This document shows, piece after piece, positions 49,880 through 62,379 of a stretch of DNA of 64,000 bases. This stretch comes from Heterodontus francisci. Lineage: Eukaryota. Within the stretch, counting starts at the first letter, position 1. Each line of letters starts with the position of its first letter. The position numbers were made by a program, and so were the translations under genes. The notes under the pieces are model-generated. The model saw only the letters and a program-made list of their open reading frames with translations, did not search any database and was not told the origin of the DNA. Location of the stretch: the NCBI RefSeq assembly GCF_036365525.1, contig NC_090390.1:56650153-56714152 (forward strand), read 5' to 3'.

Positions 49880-52370
49880 GATTCTGTGGAGAAACAGAGT
49901 TAACATTTCAAGTCTGTAACCTTTCATCAGAACTGGGAAAAGTTAGAACTGTAATAGGTTTTGAGCAAGTGAAAGCGGGGGCGGGGGAGGGTGGGAAGAA
50001 GAACAAACGGGAAGGTCTGTGATAGGTTGGAGGGCAGAAGAATTTAAATAACAAAAGGTTTCATGGTGCAAGGCCAAAGGGAATGGTAATGGAACAAGTA
50101 AAGAACTGAAGGTAGCAGCACAGGTAGATAAGGTGGTTAGGAAGGCTATGGGATACTTGCCTTTATTAGTTGAAGGATAGAATATAAGAGCAGGGAGGAT
50201 ATGATGGAGCTGTATAAAATGCTGGTTATGCCACAGCTGGAGTACTGTGTACGGTTCTGGTCAACACACTATAGGAAGAATGAGATTGCAATGGAGAGGG
50301 TGCAGAAGAGATTCACCAGGATGTTGCCTGGGCTGGAGAATTTCAGTTATGAAGATAGGCTGGGGTTGTTTTCCTTGGAGCGGAGAAGGCTGAGGGGGGG
50401 GCCTGATAGAGGTATAAAAAATTATGAGGGGCATTGATAGGATTGATAGGAAGAAATTTTTTCTCTTAGCGGAGAGGTCAATACATAAGGGGCATAGATT
50501 TAAGGTAAGGGGCAGGCGGTTTAGAGGGGAGTTGAGGAAGAATTTTTTCACCCAGGGGGTGGTTGGAATCTGGAACACACTGCCTGAAGGGGTGGTAGAG
50601 GCAGGAACACTCACGACATTCAAGAAGTATTTAGATGAGCACTTGAAACGCTAAGCGCGGGGAAACGGGATTAGCTAGGACGGGTGCTTGATGGTCGGCG
50701 CAGGTGCATTGGGCCGAAGGGCCTGTTTCTGTGCTGTAAAACTCTATGACTCTATAAAAGATGTGTCTAGAGGAGGTGTGAATGGCAGGATCCTGACTAG
50801 CTGCTGTCCAAAAGCAAAGTAAAGGAAATAAGAAAGAAATGAGAGAAGAAACAAACCAGCAAAGAAAAATGAAACAAAATGAGGGCAGAGGTTACAATCT
50901 AAACTTGTTGAATACAAGGTTCAGCTTCATTGGAATACTGCAGCAGGCCAAGAACAGAAAGATCAGAGTGGGAGCAAGGTGGAGAATTAAAATGACAAGT
51001 GACTTAAGCTCTGGGTCATGCTTGCAAACTGAAGAAAGGTGTTCCACAAAGCGGTCACCCAATCTGCTTTTGGTTTCCCTGGTGTAAAGGAGACCACATT
51101 GTGAGCAGTGAATACAGTATACTAAATTGAAAGAAGTACATGTAAATCGTTGTTTCACCTGGGAGGAATGTCGGGGCCTTGGACAGTGAGAAGGGAGGAG
51201 GCAAAAGAACAGATGTTGCATCTCCTGCGCTTGCATGGAAAAGTGACGTAGGAAAGAGAGGGAGTGTTGAGGGCCACTGAGGAGTGGAACATGGTATTGT
51301 GGAGGAAATGGTACCTTTGGAATGCTGAAAGGGGAGGGGAGGGTAAGGTGGTGGCTTCACGCTGGAGGTGACACAAATGGTGGAGGATGAGCCATTGAAA
51401 ATGTAGGCTGGTGGAGTGGATGGTGAGGACAAGGGGAACCTTATCGTGGTTCTGGGAAGAAGGGGAAGAGGTGAGAGCAGAAGTGCGGGAAATGGGACAG
51501 ACATGGTCGAGGGCCAGGTCAACCATGGTGGAGGGGACTCCTTGGTTGAGGAAAAAGGATGACATATCGGAAGTGCAAGTACAGAAGGTTGCATCGTCTG
51601 AACAGATGGGAGGGAACTGGGGAAACTGGGAGAATGGAATAGAGTCCTTACAAGAAGCAGGGTAGGAGGAAGTGTAGTCAATGTAGCTGTGGGAGTCAGT
51701 GGGCTTATAATGAATATTAGTTGATAGGCTATCCCCAGAAATGGAGACAGAGAAATCAAGGAATTGAAGGTAAGATAGAGCATGTGAAGGTTGAAATTGG
51801 AAGCAAAGTCAGTGAAATTTTCCAGTTGACGGTAGGAAAGTAGGGAACGGCACTGATACAGTCATCAATGTACCAGAAGAATTGGTGAGGGAGGGGACAC
51901 AACTAGGACTGGAAAAAAGAATGTTCCACATATCCCACAAAAAGACAGGCATAGCTAGGACCCATAAGGGTATCCATAGTAGCATCTTTTATTTGGAGGA
52001 AGTTAGCGGAGTTGAAGGAGAAGTTGTTCAATGTGAGACCAAGTTCAGCCAGGTGGAGGAGGGTGGTGGTGGATGGGGAGTGGTTGGGCCTCCATTCAAA
52101 GAAGAAGTGGAGAGCCCTCTGGCTGTCCTGATGGAGGGTGGAGGTGTCGAGGAATTGGACATCCATTGATCTTCTTCCCACCCTTCCCTCTTTCACTTGC
52201 TCAAAACCTATTACATTTCTAACTTTTCCCGGTTCTGATGAAAGGTCACTGATCTGAAACAATAACTCTGTTTCTAACTTTACAGATGATGCCAGATTTG
52301 CTGAGCATTGCCAGGGTTTTCTGTTTTTATTTCAGATTTCCAGCATCTGCAGTATTTTGCTTCTGTTTTG
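49880..52370 (-). mobile_element. Penelope-like element (RT + GIY-YIG remnants) with 3' pLTR and an inverted pLTR at the truncated 5' end
   Basis: MGPSYACLFVG, YIDD at 51861-51872, PTDSHSY.DY, NLVYCIHCSQCGLLY..ETK; plus-strand pLTR at 52170-52370. Confidence 0.9.
50106..50756 (+). mobile_element. CR1 3' fragment inserted into the Penelope 3' region
   Basis: LYKMLVMPQLEYCVRFWS...ERVQKRFTRMLPGL...FFTQGVVGIWNTLP; flanks AAAGAA / AAAAGATGTG are nearly contiguous in the uninterrupted copy near 44250. Confidence 0.9.
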
Positions 52371-53439
52371 TGTTCCTTTGATTCTGTGTTGGCACTGTGC
52401 CACATGGCTGTCTTAAAATTAATTCATATTGGTGAAATATATACAAAATAAAGTCTGTTGGCCTCAGCTGCAGCGTGATTATATAGTATCCTGATTCATC
52501 AGTTATAAATAAAACCATAGTATAGTGCATTGACATTAATAGTAACTGCATATGGATGAGAAATAGAATAAGTCACAATAACTAAAAGGCTTACAGTGGA
52601 GACCATTTCCAGTTCACTTCTCACAGTCTATCATTACTACATTGAGGAATTCCCTGCATCTAACTGTGTGAAGAAATTCACTAAAAATAACTCAAAACAG
52701 CAGAACAATCACATCACTGCCAATGATGAAGAGAAAATCAAGACTTCCATTGTTTTTTTAAAGAGAGTCGGCGGAGGAGAGAAAATTCCACAGACTGGTT
52801 TATATTTGTGGTAAATTCTGTGGCCATGGAATCATGAAATTCTATAAGCCTTAAATTCAACAGTCATCTGACAGTTGTGATCAGTTAAGTTGTCCTGCAC
52901 TGGGCTGAACTTACAGGATGTTTAGGCCATGAAATTCAGCTCCTTGGCACTCACTTTGTTGGTGCTACAAGTGCCGTTTTGCCTCCAAAATGAAGTCTGT
53001 GTTGCATGTGTACACTTCTGGCGGGAGCTGTGCCAGACACCATTTTGAGGAGGGTATTAGCATGTGGCTGTGAATGTCCACCGAAAGTATGCAGATCAGG
53101 CAGATTGTGATGTCAATCAGTGTGTAAAGCTCAACACTCCAGCTAAATCCCTCTCTTAGCCTCACACAGCTGAAAGTGCATTCAGCAGCAAGGAGGACAT
53201 CACCCCACCTCCCACCGGCACTATTTAAAGGGATCATCAACTATTTGCAGGTTAGTTGCTGATTGATTTCTACTGGTTGTTGTGATTGTTGACATTTTTG
53301 TTGGTTTCTCGAGTTGCTTAAAATTGTGAAAGTCTCCAGTGAGTGGTGAGGCATGTCCTGAAGGACTTTGTCCTGATTTCAAGTATTTTGCACAAACCAT
53401 TTGCTTCCAGTGGTTTGGATTACAGCGTGACAAGGATAA

Positions 53440-55150
53440 TGAGCAGGGGTGACACAGAGCAGGACAAGCTGCTGGACGAGAGAGGAGAAGGAGGGGGAGA
53501 AGGGCTCTCAGCAAGGGGCCATATCTGCCCAGCATGTTCAGGGAGTAATTCTCCTACCTGAGGAATAACGTGCTGATGTCTCCGCTTCACTAAGGACGTC
53601 CTCATTGAAATCTGTCACCTGCTGCAGCCACAACTGCAGCCTCAGAATAGGGCAAGAATGGCATTGCCTGTAGCTGTGAAGGAGACATGGCCATGAACAT
53701 TTATGTGTGTTGGAGAAAATCCAGATTATGCCCAATTATTCAACAAATTCTCCGGACTCAGACTTTGAGAATAAACACTTTATTTCATGATATCATGGAG
53801 AGCACACCTTACCTAAAAGCGGTCCAGTGCTACTCCACAGAACAAAGGAAATCCACAACGGATATACAGTTACTCAGCCCATCCCGGCTGGACACAATCC
53901 AATCAGAACGGTTATTGATTACATACATTACACATAGTACCAATTAGATTACTGATTAGGCATCATGTGGCAACATGATCAGCTTATGCCGGCCCTGATC
54001 ATCAATTGATGAGCTCAGGTCCCATCCATTATCCTGAAGTCTTCCAACTGTCACTTTTAATTGGGCCTGCATTCCTGAGTGCTTCGTGCAATCTGCAGTT
54101 ACACTGATAAGAGGGGCCCTCTTATTGTCTGTGCCATGCTGTACCAAGCTCCAACTGTGAACTAACTAATCTGTCCCACAATGCCTCGGTCGAAAACTCC
54201 ATTTTGTATCAATATGTGGCTATACTTTCAACTCATATATGAAAGAATATATGTATACGTATTCACTAGGATTATATTAATCTACTTACAAAATAATAGT
54301 TATAGAAGCAAAACTCAGCAAAATTGCTCCCACAATGTGGCTTGCTCCTTCCAGGCTGGAGAAGGCGTTATTTGCAACATCTCCTGGTTTGAGTCCACTG
54401 TTGCATAAGGGAGGTCACTGAGGCTCTGTATTCCAAGACGGCTGAATACATTACATGTTCTTTTGCCAGAGGGAAGCAGGAGGAGTGAGAACACTGTTTT
54501 GTGAGGATTGCCGGTTGCACCATGGTGCAAGGCGCCATTAACTGCACACAAGTTGCTTTGCGGGCAGCACATGCCAGCTCTGGGTTGTATTGCAAAGGAA
54601 AGGGATTCCATTCCTTCAATGTCCAACTGGTGTGTGACCATACACAGTGACTCATGCAGGCCAATGTCCGATATGCTGGCAGCAGTCATGATGCCTTCAT
54701 TCTGTAGCAGTCCATTGTGCCATCTGCATTTGAGCCATTATGACAAATCAGAGCATGGCTACTGAGTGACAAGGTCCACCTCTGATGACATGGCTTGTGA
54801 CTCTGGTGTGCAAACCCATGCACACGTGGGTAGCATACATACAATGAAACCTATGCTGCCACACAAGATATGATTAAGCAGACCATTAGGGTGCTTAAAC
54901 AACACATTTGGTCCCTGGACGCTCTGGAAGAGCCCTGCAGGACTCAGCAGAGCAGATATCAAGATTCACGGTGGTCTGCTATATGCTGCAGAATCTCGTC
55001 ATCATAAGTGCACTGTCCTTGCCACCAGGTGTACAGCAACCAGCTGAGAAGCAGGAGGTGGAAGAGGAAGAGGGAAGGCAACCAACACGGACCCATTCTG
55101 GCGGTGTTGTCCACAATTGACTCATCCAGCTGCAACAGCAGTAAACACAA
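53440..55150 (+). pseudogene. Harbinger (HARBI1-like) DDE transposase pseudogene
   Basis: RLRFTKDVLIEICHLLQPQL...LPVAVK..MNIYVACSFQAG...VQGAINCTQ...KGFHSFNVQLVCDH...GSSHDAFIL...IKQTIRVLKQ...CYMLQNL, with stops and frameshifts. Confidence 0.88.
53708..54334 (-). mobile_element. Solo LTR (627 bp) inserted in the Harbinger transposase
   Basis: TG...CA ends with imperfect inverted termini; 5-bp TSD ATGTG at 53703-53707 and 54335-54339; minus-strand AATAAA at ~53779; excision restores the transposase frame. Confidence 0.88.
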
Positions 55151-56232
55151 CCTTAATTCCCATTCGCCAACAGTCAGTCTCACCTTCCCTCTGCTACTGA
55201 CCATCACAGCATCTGCAAAATAAATGCAAAATGCAAAATTAAAAGCCACTATAAAATAGATATTCCAAAGCAAATTTATAAATTAAACATTGCCATATTG
55301 CATACAAACATCAACTAATCATCCCTTAGTGCCTGTCTTCCTGTGCCTTTGCCTATTCTAGTGCTCCTACACAGTGTTATCCCAGTGGCTGCAGCATGAC
55401 TGGTGGAAGGCTGTTGACTTTCAATGGGGAGGACTGCAGATGGTCTTGCAGGATGACTTCGAGATCTCATGCCCTAGAATGCCCAGCTTTGGCTGCACCA
55501 TCTTGGTATGGGCAGCAGCAGTCTGGGCTGGCTGGTTGACAGGCAACAACAAAGGTGGCAGTAATGGGAGGATGTACGCTGTCATCTTGAGAGATAACAG
55601 CAGGTTTGTGCTCCGTGGAACCACTGCCACTCCCCATGTTGTGGTGCCTCAACAAGCTCCTTTGAACACTGGATTTCACAGCATGATGGCAGCAATCTGA
55701 GCTTCCATGGCAGCAAGCTGACCTTGCATGAAAGTAGTCTGAGATTCCACTGCAGCACCTAATGTTGGGTGGCTTCTCTTGTGCTGCAATGGAAGCTGAG
55801 ACATCGAACATCAAATGCTGCATCATAATTGGCCATCACTTCCATGCTGGAAAGGATAGGCTCCAAGCTCAGTGCAAACCCCTGTGCCAAGTGGCATCAG
55901 ACTGCACCATGCTCCTTGACATTAACTGCAGCCTTTCTGGCAGGCCTGCCAATGCTCCAAACATTTCATTATTCATACCGAACAGCCTTCTTCTGTAGGT
56001 CCCTTTGAAATTCTTATTTGGCAGTGGTGGGAGGAGGCTCTTAAGTGGCAATTAATTGACCACTTAAGGGCCACAATTGGCCTGGGACAGCTGGGCCATT
56101 TTCCACCTCCCCCACCGCTGGTAAAATAGCAGCGTGGTTGGGTAGGCGACGGGCTTGGCACATCCCAACTCCCTCTTGATTTTACACCCACCTGCCTCCC
56201 AGCCTGCTCCTGGGAGACGTAACATTCTGGCC

Positions 56233-56665
56233 AGTGTTTCATCAGCTAAAGTACTCTTAACCACTCTTTCTATTTTCTTAGCTTGCCAAGCTAAAGGACA
56301 ACATTTACCATTTTCACCCATAAGAAATATAATGAAAAGAGCTGCAACTAGAATACCCATGTGGAGATTATCATGTAAAGCATCGATAAAAATGACTAGC
56401 TTCATATTCTTTGAGTCACCTAAGGATGGGAACTTAAGTGCACATTTCTCCAGATTAAATTTTTTAAATGTTTTATTTGCCCTTAAAACGTTCTCGACTT
56501 TAGGGTGTTTCTTCGTAGCATTTAACTCAAACATATCAAAACTAGCATCTGGTCAGTTCAACTGACCAATCAAGCTTCACAATTGCTTTGCCTCTTCTTT
56601 GGATATAGCACCATCTTTCATGAGAACCCAGTATGATTAACTGGGATGGAATTAACACCCTTTAA
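56233..56665 (-). mobile_element. Ty1/Copia RT-RNase H fragment
   Basis: KLVIFIDA.H.NL...FIIFLMGENGKCCPLAWQAKKIERVVKSTLA.ETLA. Confidence 0.85.
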
Positions 56666-56669
56666 ACAT

Positions 56670-57320
56670 TCTATTTGCCTTCCTAATTACTTGCTGTACC
56701 TGCAAGTTTTGTGATTCATGTACGAGGACATCCAGATCCCTCTGTACGGCAGCATTCTGTAGTTCTCTCCATTCAAATAATATTCTGCTTTTCTCTTCTT
56801 CCCACCAAAGTGGACAACCTCACATTTTCCCACATTATATCCCATCTGCCAATTTTTTACCCACTCATTTGAACTATCTATGTTCCTTTGCGGACTCTTT
56901 GTGTCCTCCAAGTTATAACTTGCTTTCCCACCTATCTTTATATTGCCATCACATTTGATTACAGTACACTTGGACCCTTCATCCAAGTCATTGATGTAGA
57001 TTATAAATAGTTGAGGCCCCAGCACTTATCTCTGTGGCATCCACTGGTTACAGTTTGCCAACCTGACAATGCCCCATTTATCCCGACTCTCTGTTTCCTG
57101 TTAGTTAGCCAATCCTCTATCCATGCTAATATATCACCCCAACACCATGAGCGCCTATCTTGTGTAGTAACCTCATCGAATGCCTTTTGGAAATCCAAAT
57201 GCACTACATCTCCTGGTTTCCCTTTATTCATCCTGCTCATTACATCCTTTATTGAATAGGGGCATTACATTTGCAGTTTTCCAATCAGGTGGGACCTTTC
57301 CAGAATCGAGGGAATTCCCT
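56670..57320 (-). mobile_element. CR1 RT fragment nested in Copia pol
   Basis: DVVHLDFQKAFD, LGPQLFIIYINDLDEG, WQMGYNVGKCEVVHFG. Confidence 0.88.
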
Positions 57321-57324
57321 ATGA

Positions 57325-58142
57325 CTCTCTCTTTTATAACACACCAAATCTCCTGAATTAAATTCTGTCTTAGATGGTCTTGATGGTCAATTCCTCAATG
57401 TTCTTAAATTTGTTCTGAGACCTCAGCCTTGATGAAAGCTATTTCCCTGCATGTAAAGCATTCAAATGTGCAGAAAAAATGGAACTAATTGTAGTACCTT
57501 CTCGCTCAGGACAACCATCACACAGCACTGAAGGCAATTTGCGATTTCACCCATGGACTAATTGATAGGGATTGTATCCTCCAACCATCTGGAGTGAATT
57601 CTTTGCATGAAACGTCCATGCAGGAGCAATTGTCAACTTGCAGTCTGGTTGATCAGCTAAAATTTTATGCAGCATTTCATCAATCACCACACGATTCCTT
57701 TCACAGAGCCCATTGCCAAAAGGACTTTCAGCTGCAGTATTCATGACCATATTGTTCATGCTTTCACACATGTCTCTGAATTTGTTAATGGCAAATTCCC
57801 CTCCATTATCAGTCAAAAACTTCGCTGGTGCCCATGTCCGGTCCCTATCCATTTCTCCACAATTTTGTCCTTCATAACCAATCTGATCTCCAGGTCTACA
57901 AAATGTAGAATGCAAATATTTCTGTCTTTGTCCCTTAACTTTAGATCCATGAAAACTACTTTGTTAAAGTCACATGCCAGTGGAAGCCTTACAATATTAA
58001 TTGGCAATGTCCTCCGATACTTTTTACAGATTTCACTCTTCTCTCTAATCTCTTCTTTAAACTCACATACTCTTTTTGCATCTTTTAGCAGGATTTTTTA
58101 ACCTTTGACAAGTAGGGTGGGAAAATTGTCTACGTAATTGTC
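57325..58142 (-). mobile_element. Ty1/Copia integrase fragment
   Basis: QFSHP (pre-integrase), VFMDLK, FLTDNGGEF...NTAAESPFGNGLCERN. Confidence 0.88.
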
Positions 58143-58144
58143 TC

Positions 58145-59560
58145 CTGCTGATTACCACCTACCGCCCTCCCTCAACTGATGAATCAATACTCCCCCATGT
58201 TCAACACCATTTGGAAGAAGCACTGAGTGTAGCAAGGGCACAGAATGTATTGGGTGGGGGACTTCAATGTCCACCACCAAGAGTGGCTTGTTACCACCAC
58301 TACTGACCAAGAAAGACATATCTGCCAGACTGAGCCTGTGGCGGACGGTGAGAGAACCAACAAGAGAGAAAAACCTACTTGACCTTGTCCTCACAAATCT
58401 GCCTGTCACGGATGCATCTGTCCATGACAGTATTGTAGGAGTGATCACCAAACAGTCCTTTCGGAAACAAAGTCCCGTCTTCACGCTGAGGACATCCTCC
58501 ATTGTGTTATGTGGCACTACCACCATGCTAAATAGGATATACTCAGAACAGATCTAGTAGCTCAAAACTAGGCATCCATGAAGCGGTGTGGGCCATCAGC
58601 AGCAGCAGAACTGTATTCCATCACAATCTGTAACCTCATGGTCCGGCATATCCCTCATTCTATCATTACCATCAAGTCAGGGAACCAACCCTGGTTCTAT
58701 GAAGAGTGTATGAGAGCATGCCAGGAGCAGCACCAGGCATACCTAAAAATGAAGTGCCAACCCAGTGAAGCTACAACACAGGAATACATGCATGCTAAAC
58801 AACGGAAGCAGAATGTTATGGACCTGATAACCATCAGATCAGATCAAAGCTCTGCAATCCTGCCACATCCAGTCATGAATGGTGGTGGACAATTAAACAA
58901 CTAACCAGAAGAGGAGGCTCCAAAAACGTCCCCATCCTCAATGGTGACGAAGCCCAGCATGTCAGTGCAAAAGACAAGGCTGAAGCATTTGCAACCATCT
59001 TCAGCCAGAAGTGCTGAGTGGATAATCCATCTCAGCCGACTGAGATACACACCATCATAGATGCCAGTCTTCAGAAAATTCGATTCATGTCACGTGATAT
59101 CAAGAAATGGCTGAAGACACTGGATAGAGCAAAGGCTATGGGCCCTGGCATCATCCCAGCTGTAGTGCTGGACCTGTGCTGCAGAACTAGCCCCACCCTT
59201 AGCCAAGCTGTTCCAGTATAGCTACAACACAGGCATCTACTCAACACTGTGGAAAACTGTCCAGGTATGTCCTGTCCACAAAAAGCAGGACAAATCCAAT
59301 CCAACCATTTATCCCCTATCAGTCTACTCTCAATCGTCAGCAAAGTGATGGAAGGTGTTGTCAACAGTGCTATCAAGTGTCACTTACTCAGCAACAACCT
59401 GCTCCCTGATCCTCAGTTTGATTTCCACCAGGACCACTCAGCACTAGACTTTATTATAGCCTTGGTGAGGTGAGAATGTTCACCCTTGACTTCAACACAG
59501 CATGTGACCGAGTGTGGCATCAAGGAGCCCTTGCAAAATTGAAGTCAATGAGAATCGGGG
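58145..59560 (+). mobile_element. CR1-group LINE fragment (same family as 1215-3520)
   Basis: TTYRPPS.DES...GDFNVHH endonuclease; PISLLSIVSKVMEG...; RVWHQGAL.KL. Confidence 0.88.
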
Positions 59561-59720
59561 CCAATCAATCAGCACTCTCGTCTCATGCAGTATAAGTTGT
59601 TGTTTTCCCTTACATTGGTTATTCTAGTGTATTGTCCTGATAAGTGCAAGATGAAAAGCTTCGACAACATGTCTCTATTTTCAGCAATTCTCAAGTTCTG
59701 TACTACCAAACAACTACTTT
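59560..59720 (+). mobile_element. Short repeat carrying CCAAT/TATA motifs and a minimal hammerhead-like motif
   Basis: CCAATCA at ~59561, TATAA at ~59591, TTGTC-CTGATAA-GTGCAAGAT-GAAA-AGCT-TC-GACAA at 59632-59667. Confidence 0.6.
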
Positions 59721-60222
59721 TATATTCCTTAACCTTATATTGATTCTCACTACATAGTGAATCAAGATTACATTCTAACCAACCTGTTCCACATACTGTT
59801 GAAGTACAAGCACTATCTAGTATGCACGGTTAAGGGAGTCTGTGACTAACACATTCATCACAGGATTAAAATTCTTTGTGACCAGTATAATTTGTTTGGA
59901 TGCATTATTATCTTCATCCTCTTCCTCAGAATTCTTTTCATCATGTGTCATTATGAGGGTCCTGTCTCTCTGCTTTGGGCAGTTCACCAGGTAATAATAC
60001 TTTGAGTCACACCTGAAGCACCTATTAACTGTTCCTTGGATATTCCTGGGATTTATTTGGCCATTATTGCCGTTCCAATTCTGTCTTCTACTGTAATAGC
60101 CAAATCTGCTAAAGGTGTTTTCATCCTATTCTGCCTGTCTTTAATCCCTCCATTGTACTGATGCCCGCATCCAGTATCCAGACCATTTTGAAATCTGGCA
60201 ATCATTGAGTCTTCAATTCTTT
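59720..60222 (-). mobile_element. Ty1/Copia gag zinc knuckle and protease fragment
   Basis: RCFRCDSKYYYLVNCP (CCHC with H>Y) and LDSACTSTVCG (59788-59820). Confidence 0.85.
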
Positions 60223-60224
60223 GT

Positions 60225-62350
60225 CATAGAGTCATGGAGCCATTACAGCACAGAAGGAGGCCATTCAGTGCATCAGTTCCATGTCAGCTCTCTGTGTGGC
60301 AATCCAGTCAGTCCCAGTCCCCTGCTCTGTCCCCATAGTCCTGCAAGTTTATTTCCTTCAAGTGCCCAACCAATTTACTTTTGAAATCATTGATCAGCTG
60401 CACTTCATCACCCTCATAGGCAGTGAGTTCCAGGGCATTACCTCTTTCTGCGTAAAAAAAGTGCTTCCTCACATCTCCCCATATCTTTTGCCCAAAACAT
60501 TAAATGTGGGCCCCCTAGTCCTTGTGTGATCAGCTAATGGGAACAACTTTTCTTTGTCTCCCTTATCTAAAACTGTCTTAATCTTGTCCCCTCAATCTTC
60601 TTTGCTCCAAGGAGAACAACTCCAGCTTTTCCAACCTAATCTTGTAGCTAAAATCCCTCAACCCTGAAACCATTCTGGTAAATTTCCTCTGTGCCCTGTC
60701 AAGGACCCTCACATACTTCTTAAAATGTGGTGATCAGAAATGGATGCAATGCTCTAGTTGTGGCCTAACCAGAGATTTATAAAGGTTCAGCATAACTTCC
60801 CTGCTTTTGTACTCAATACCGCTATTTATGAAGCCCAAGATGCTTTGCTAACTAGTCTCTCAATATGTTCTTCCCCCTTCAAATGAACCCATGAACCCCC
60901 AGGTTCCTCTGTTCCTGCACACACTTTAGAACAATGCCATTTAGTCGATATTGTCTTTTCCTATCCCTTCTGCCAAAATGCATCACCTCACACTTCTCTG
61001 GAGTAAATTCCATCTGCCATTTCTCTCGCCATTCTGCTAGCACATCTATGTCCTGTTGCAGTTGATTGGTATCATCCACACTGTTATCACACCTCGAAGT
61101 TTGCTATCATTTGCAAATTTTGACATTTTACTCTGTATTTCAATATCTAAGTTATTTATACCTATCAAAAAACAAGTAGTCCTAGCACTGACCCTGGGAG
61201 AACACCACTACTGTCTGAAAAACAACCATGTACAACTCGCTGTTTTCTGTCCTTAAGCCAATTTTTTATCCAAGTTGTCATTGGCCCTCCTATTCCCTGA
61301 GCCTCAGTTTGATTAACCAGCCTTTTCCGTGGTACTTTGTTAAACATTTTCTTAACATCCATATAGACAACATCTATTGCATTCCTTTCATTAACCTTTG
61401 TTACTTCATCAAAAAAATCAATTAGATTAGTCAAACATGATTTGACTTTTACAAATCCATACTGGCTATCCTTAATTAACTCAAACCTCTCCAAGTGCCT
61501 GTTAATCTTTTCCATGATTATTGTTTCTAAATCCTTACCCACCACTGATGTTGAATTAACTGGCCTGTAGTTGTTAGGACTATCTTTAAACCTTTTCTTG
61601 AATAGGGGTGCCGCATTTGTCACTTTCCAATCCTCTGGCGCCTCCCCCATATCTAGGGAAGATTGGAAAATTATGGCAAGCCCTTCTGTTATCTCCACCC
61701 TCACTTCTCTTAGCAACCTGGGATGCAGGCCATCTGAACCAGGTGACTTATCCACTCTAAACATAGCCAGCCTTTCCAGTACATCCTGCCTGTCAATTTC
61801 ATCCCATCCATTACCTCTACCATCTCTGCTTCTACTGATATGTTGTTCCCATCATCTTCCTTAGTAAACATTGATACAATGTACTCAATAAATATTCTAG
61901 CCTTGCCCTGCGCCTCTAAGCCTCTTTTGTCCCTAATAGGCCTCAGCCCACCTCATACCACCCACTTACTGTTTACATACCGGTCAAAGATTTTTGACAC
62001 TAATACAACAGCAAAATATTGCAGATGTTGAAATCTGATGAAAGGCCATTGAGCTGGAACATTAACTCTGTTCTCTCTCCACAGATGCTGCCAGACTTGC
62101 TGAGCATTTCCAGCACTTTTTGTTTTTAATTATAGAAGATTTTTGAGCCCTTTTATGTTAACTGCCATTCTATTCTCATATTCTCTCATTACCAGTCTTA
62201 TTTTCCTCTTTACTTCCCCTCTCAACTTATTGTATTTGGCCTGCTTCTTGCTTTACGGATTCACATGACATGCATCATACACCTGCTTTCCTTGTTTCAT
62301 ATTCTCTATCTCGCTCATCATCCAAGCAGCCCTGGCTTTGGTTGCCCTAC
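60225..62350 (-). mobile_element. CR1 LINE (RT and 3' end) nested in Copia gag
   Basis: KSPGSDGLHPRLLRE...PEDWK...NYRPV...QYGFVK.KSCLTNL; (ATAGAGTC) tail at 60225. Confidence 0.9.
61998..62135 (+). mobile_element. Penelope pLTR mini-insertion with a short inverted 5' piece
   Basis: 11-bp TSD AAGATTTTTGA at 61987-61997 and 62136-62146; inverted pLTR end joined at TCTGA to a decayed hammerhead. Confidence 0.75.
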
Positions 62351-62379
62351 TTTTACCTCTTGCTGGAATGCACCTGTCC

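Larger units (their letters stand above)
52925..56232 (+). mobile_element. PIF/Harbinger DNA transposon remnant (boundaries approximate)
   Basis: Contains a decayed HARBI1-like transposase; right end shares motifs with the local MITEs. Confidence 0.7.

Noticed and set aside
53440-55150. Domesticated HARBI1 host gene
   Set aside because: Multiple stops, frameshifts, a mutated catalytic motif (GAIN for GAID) and an LTR insertion.
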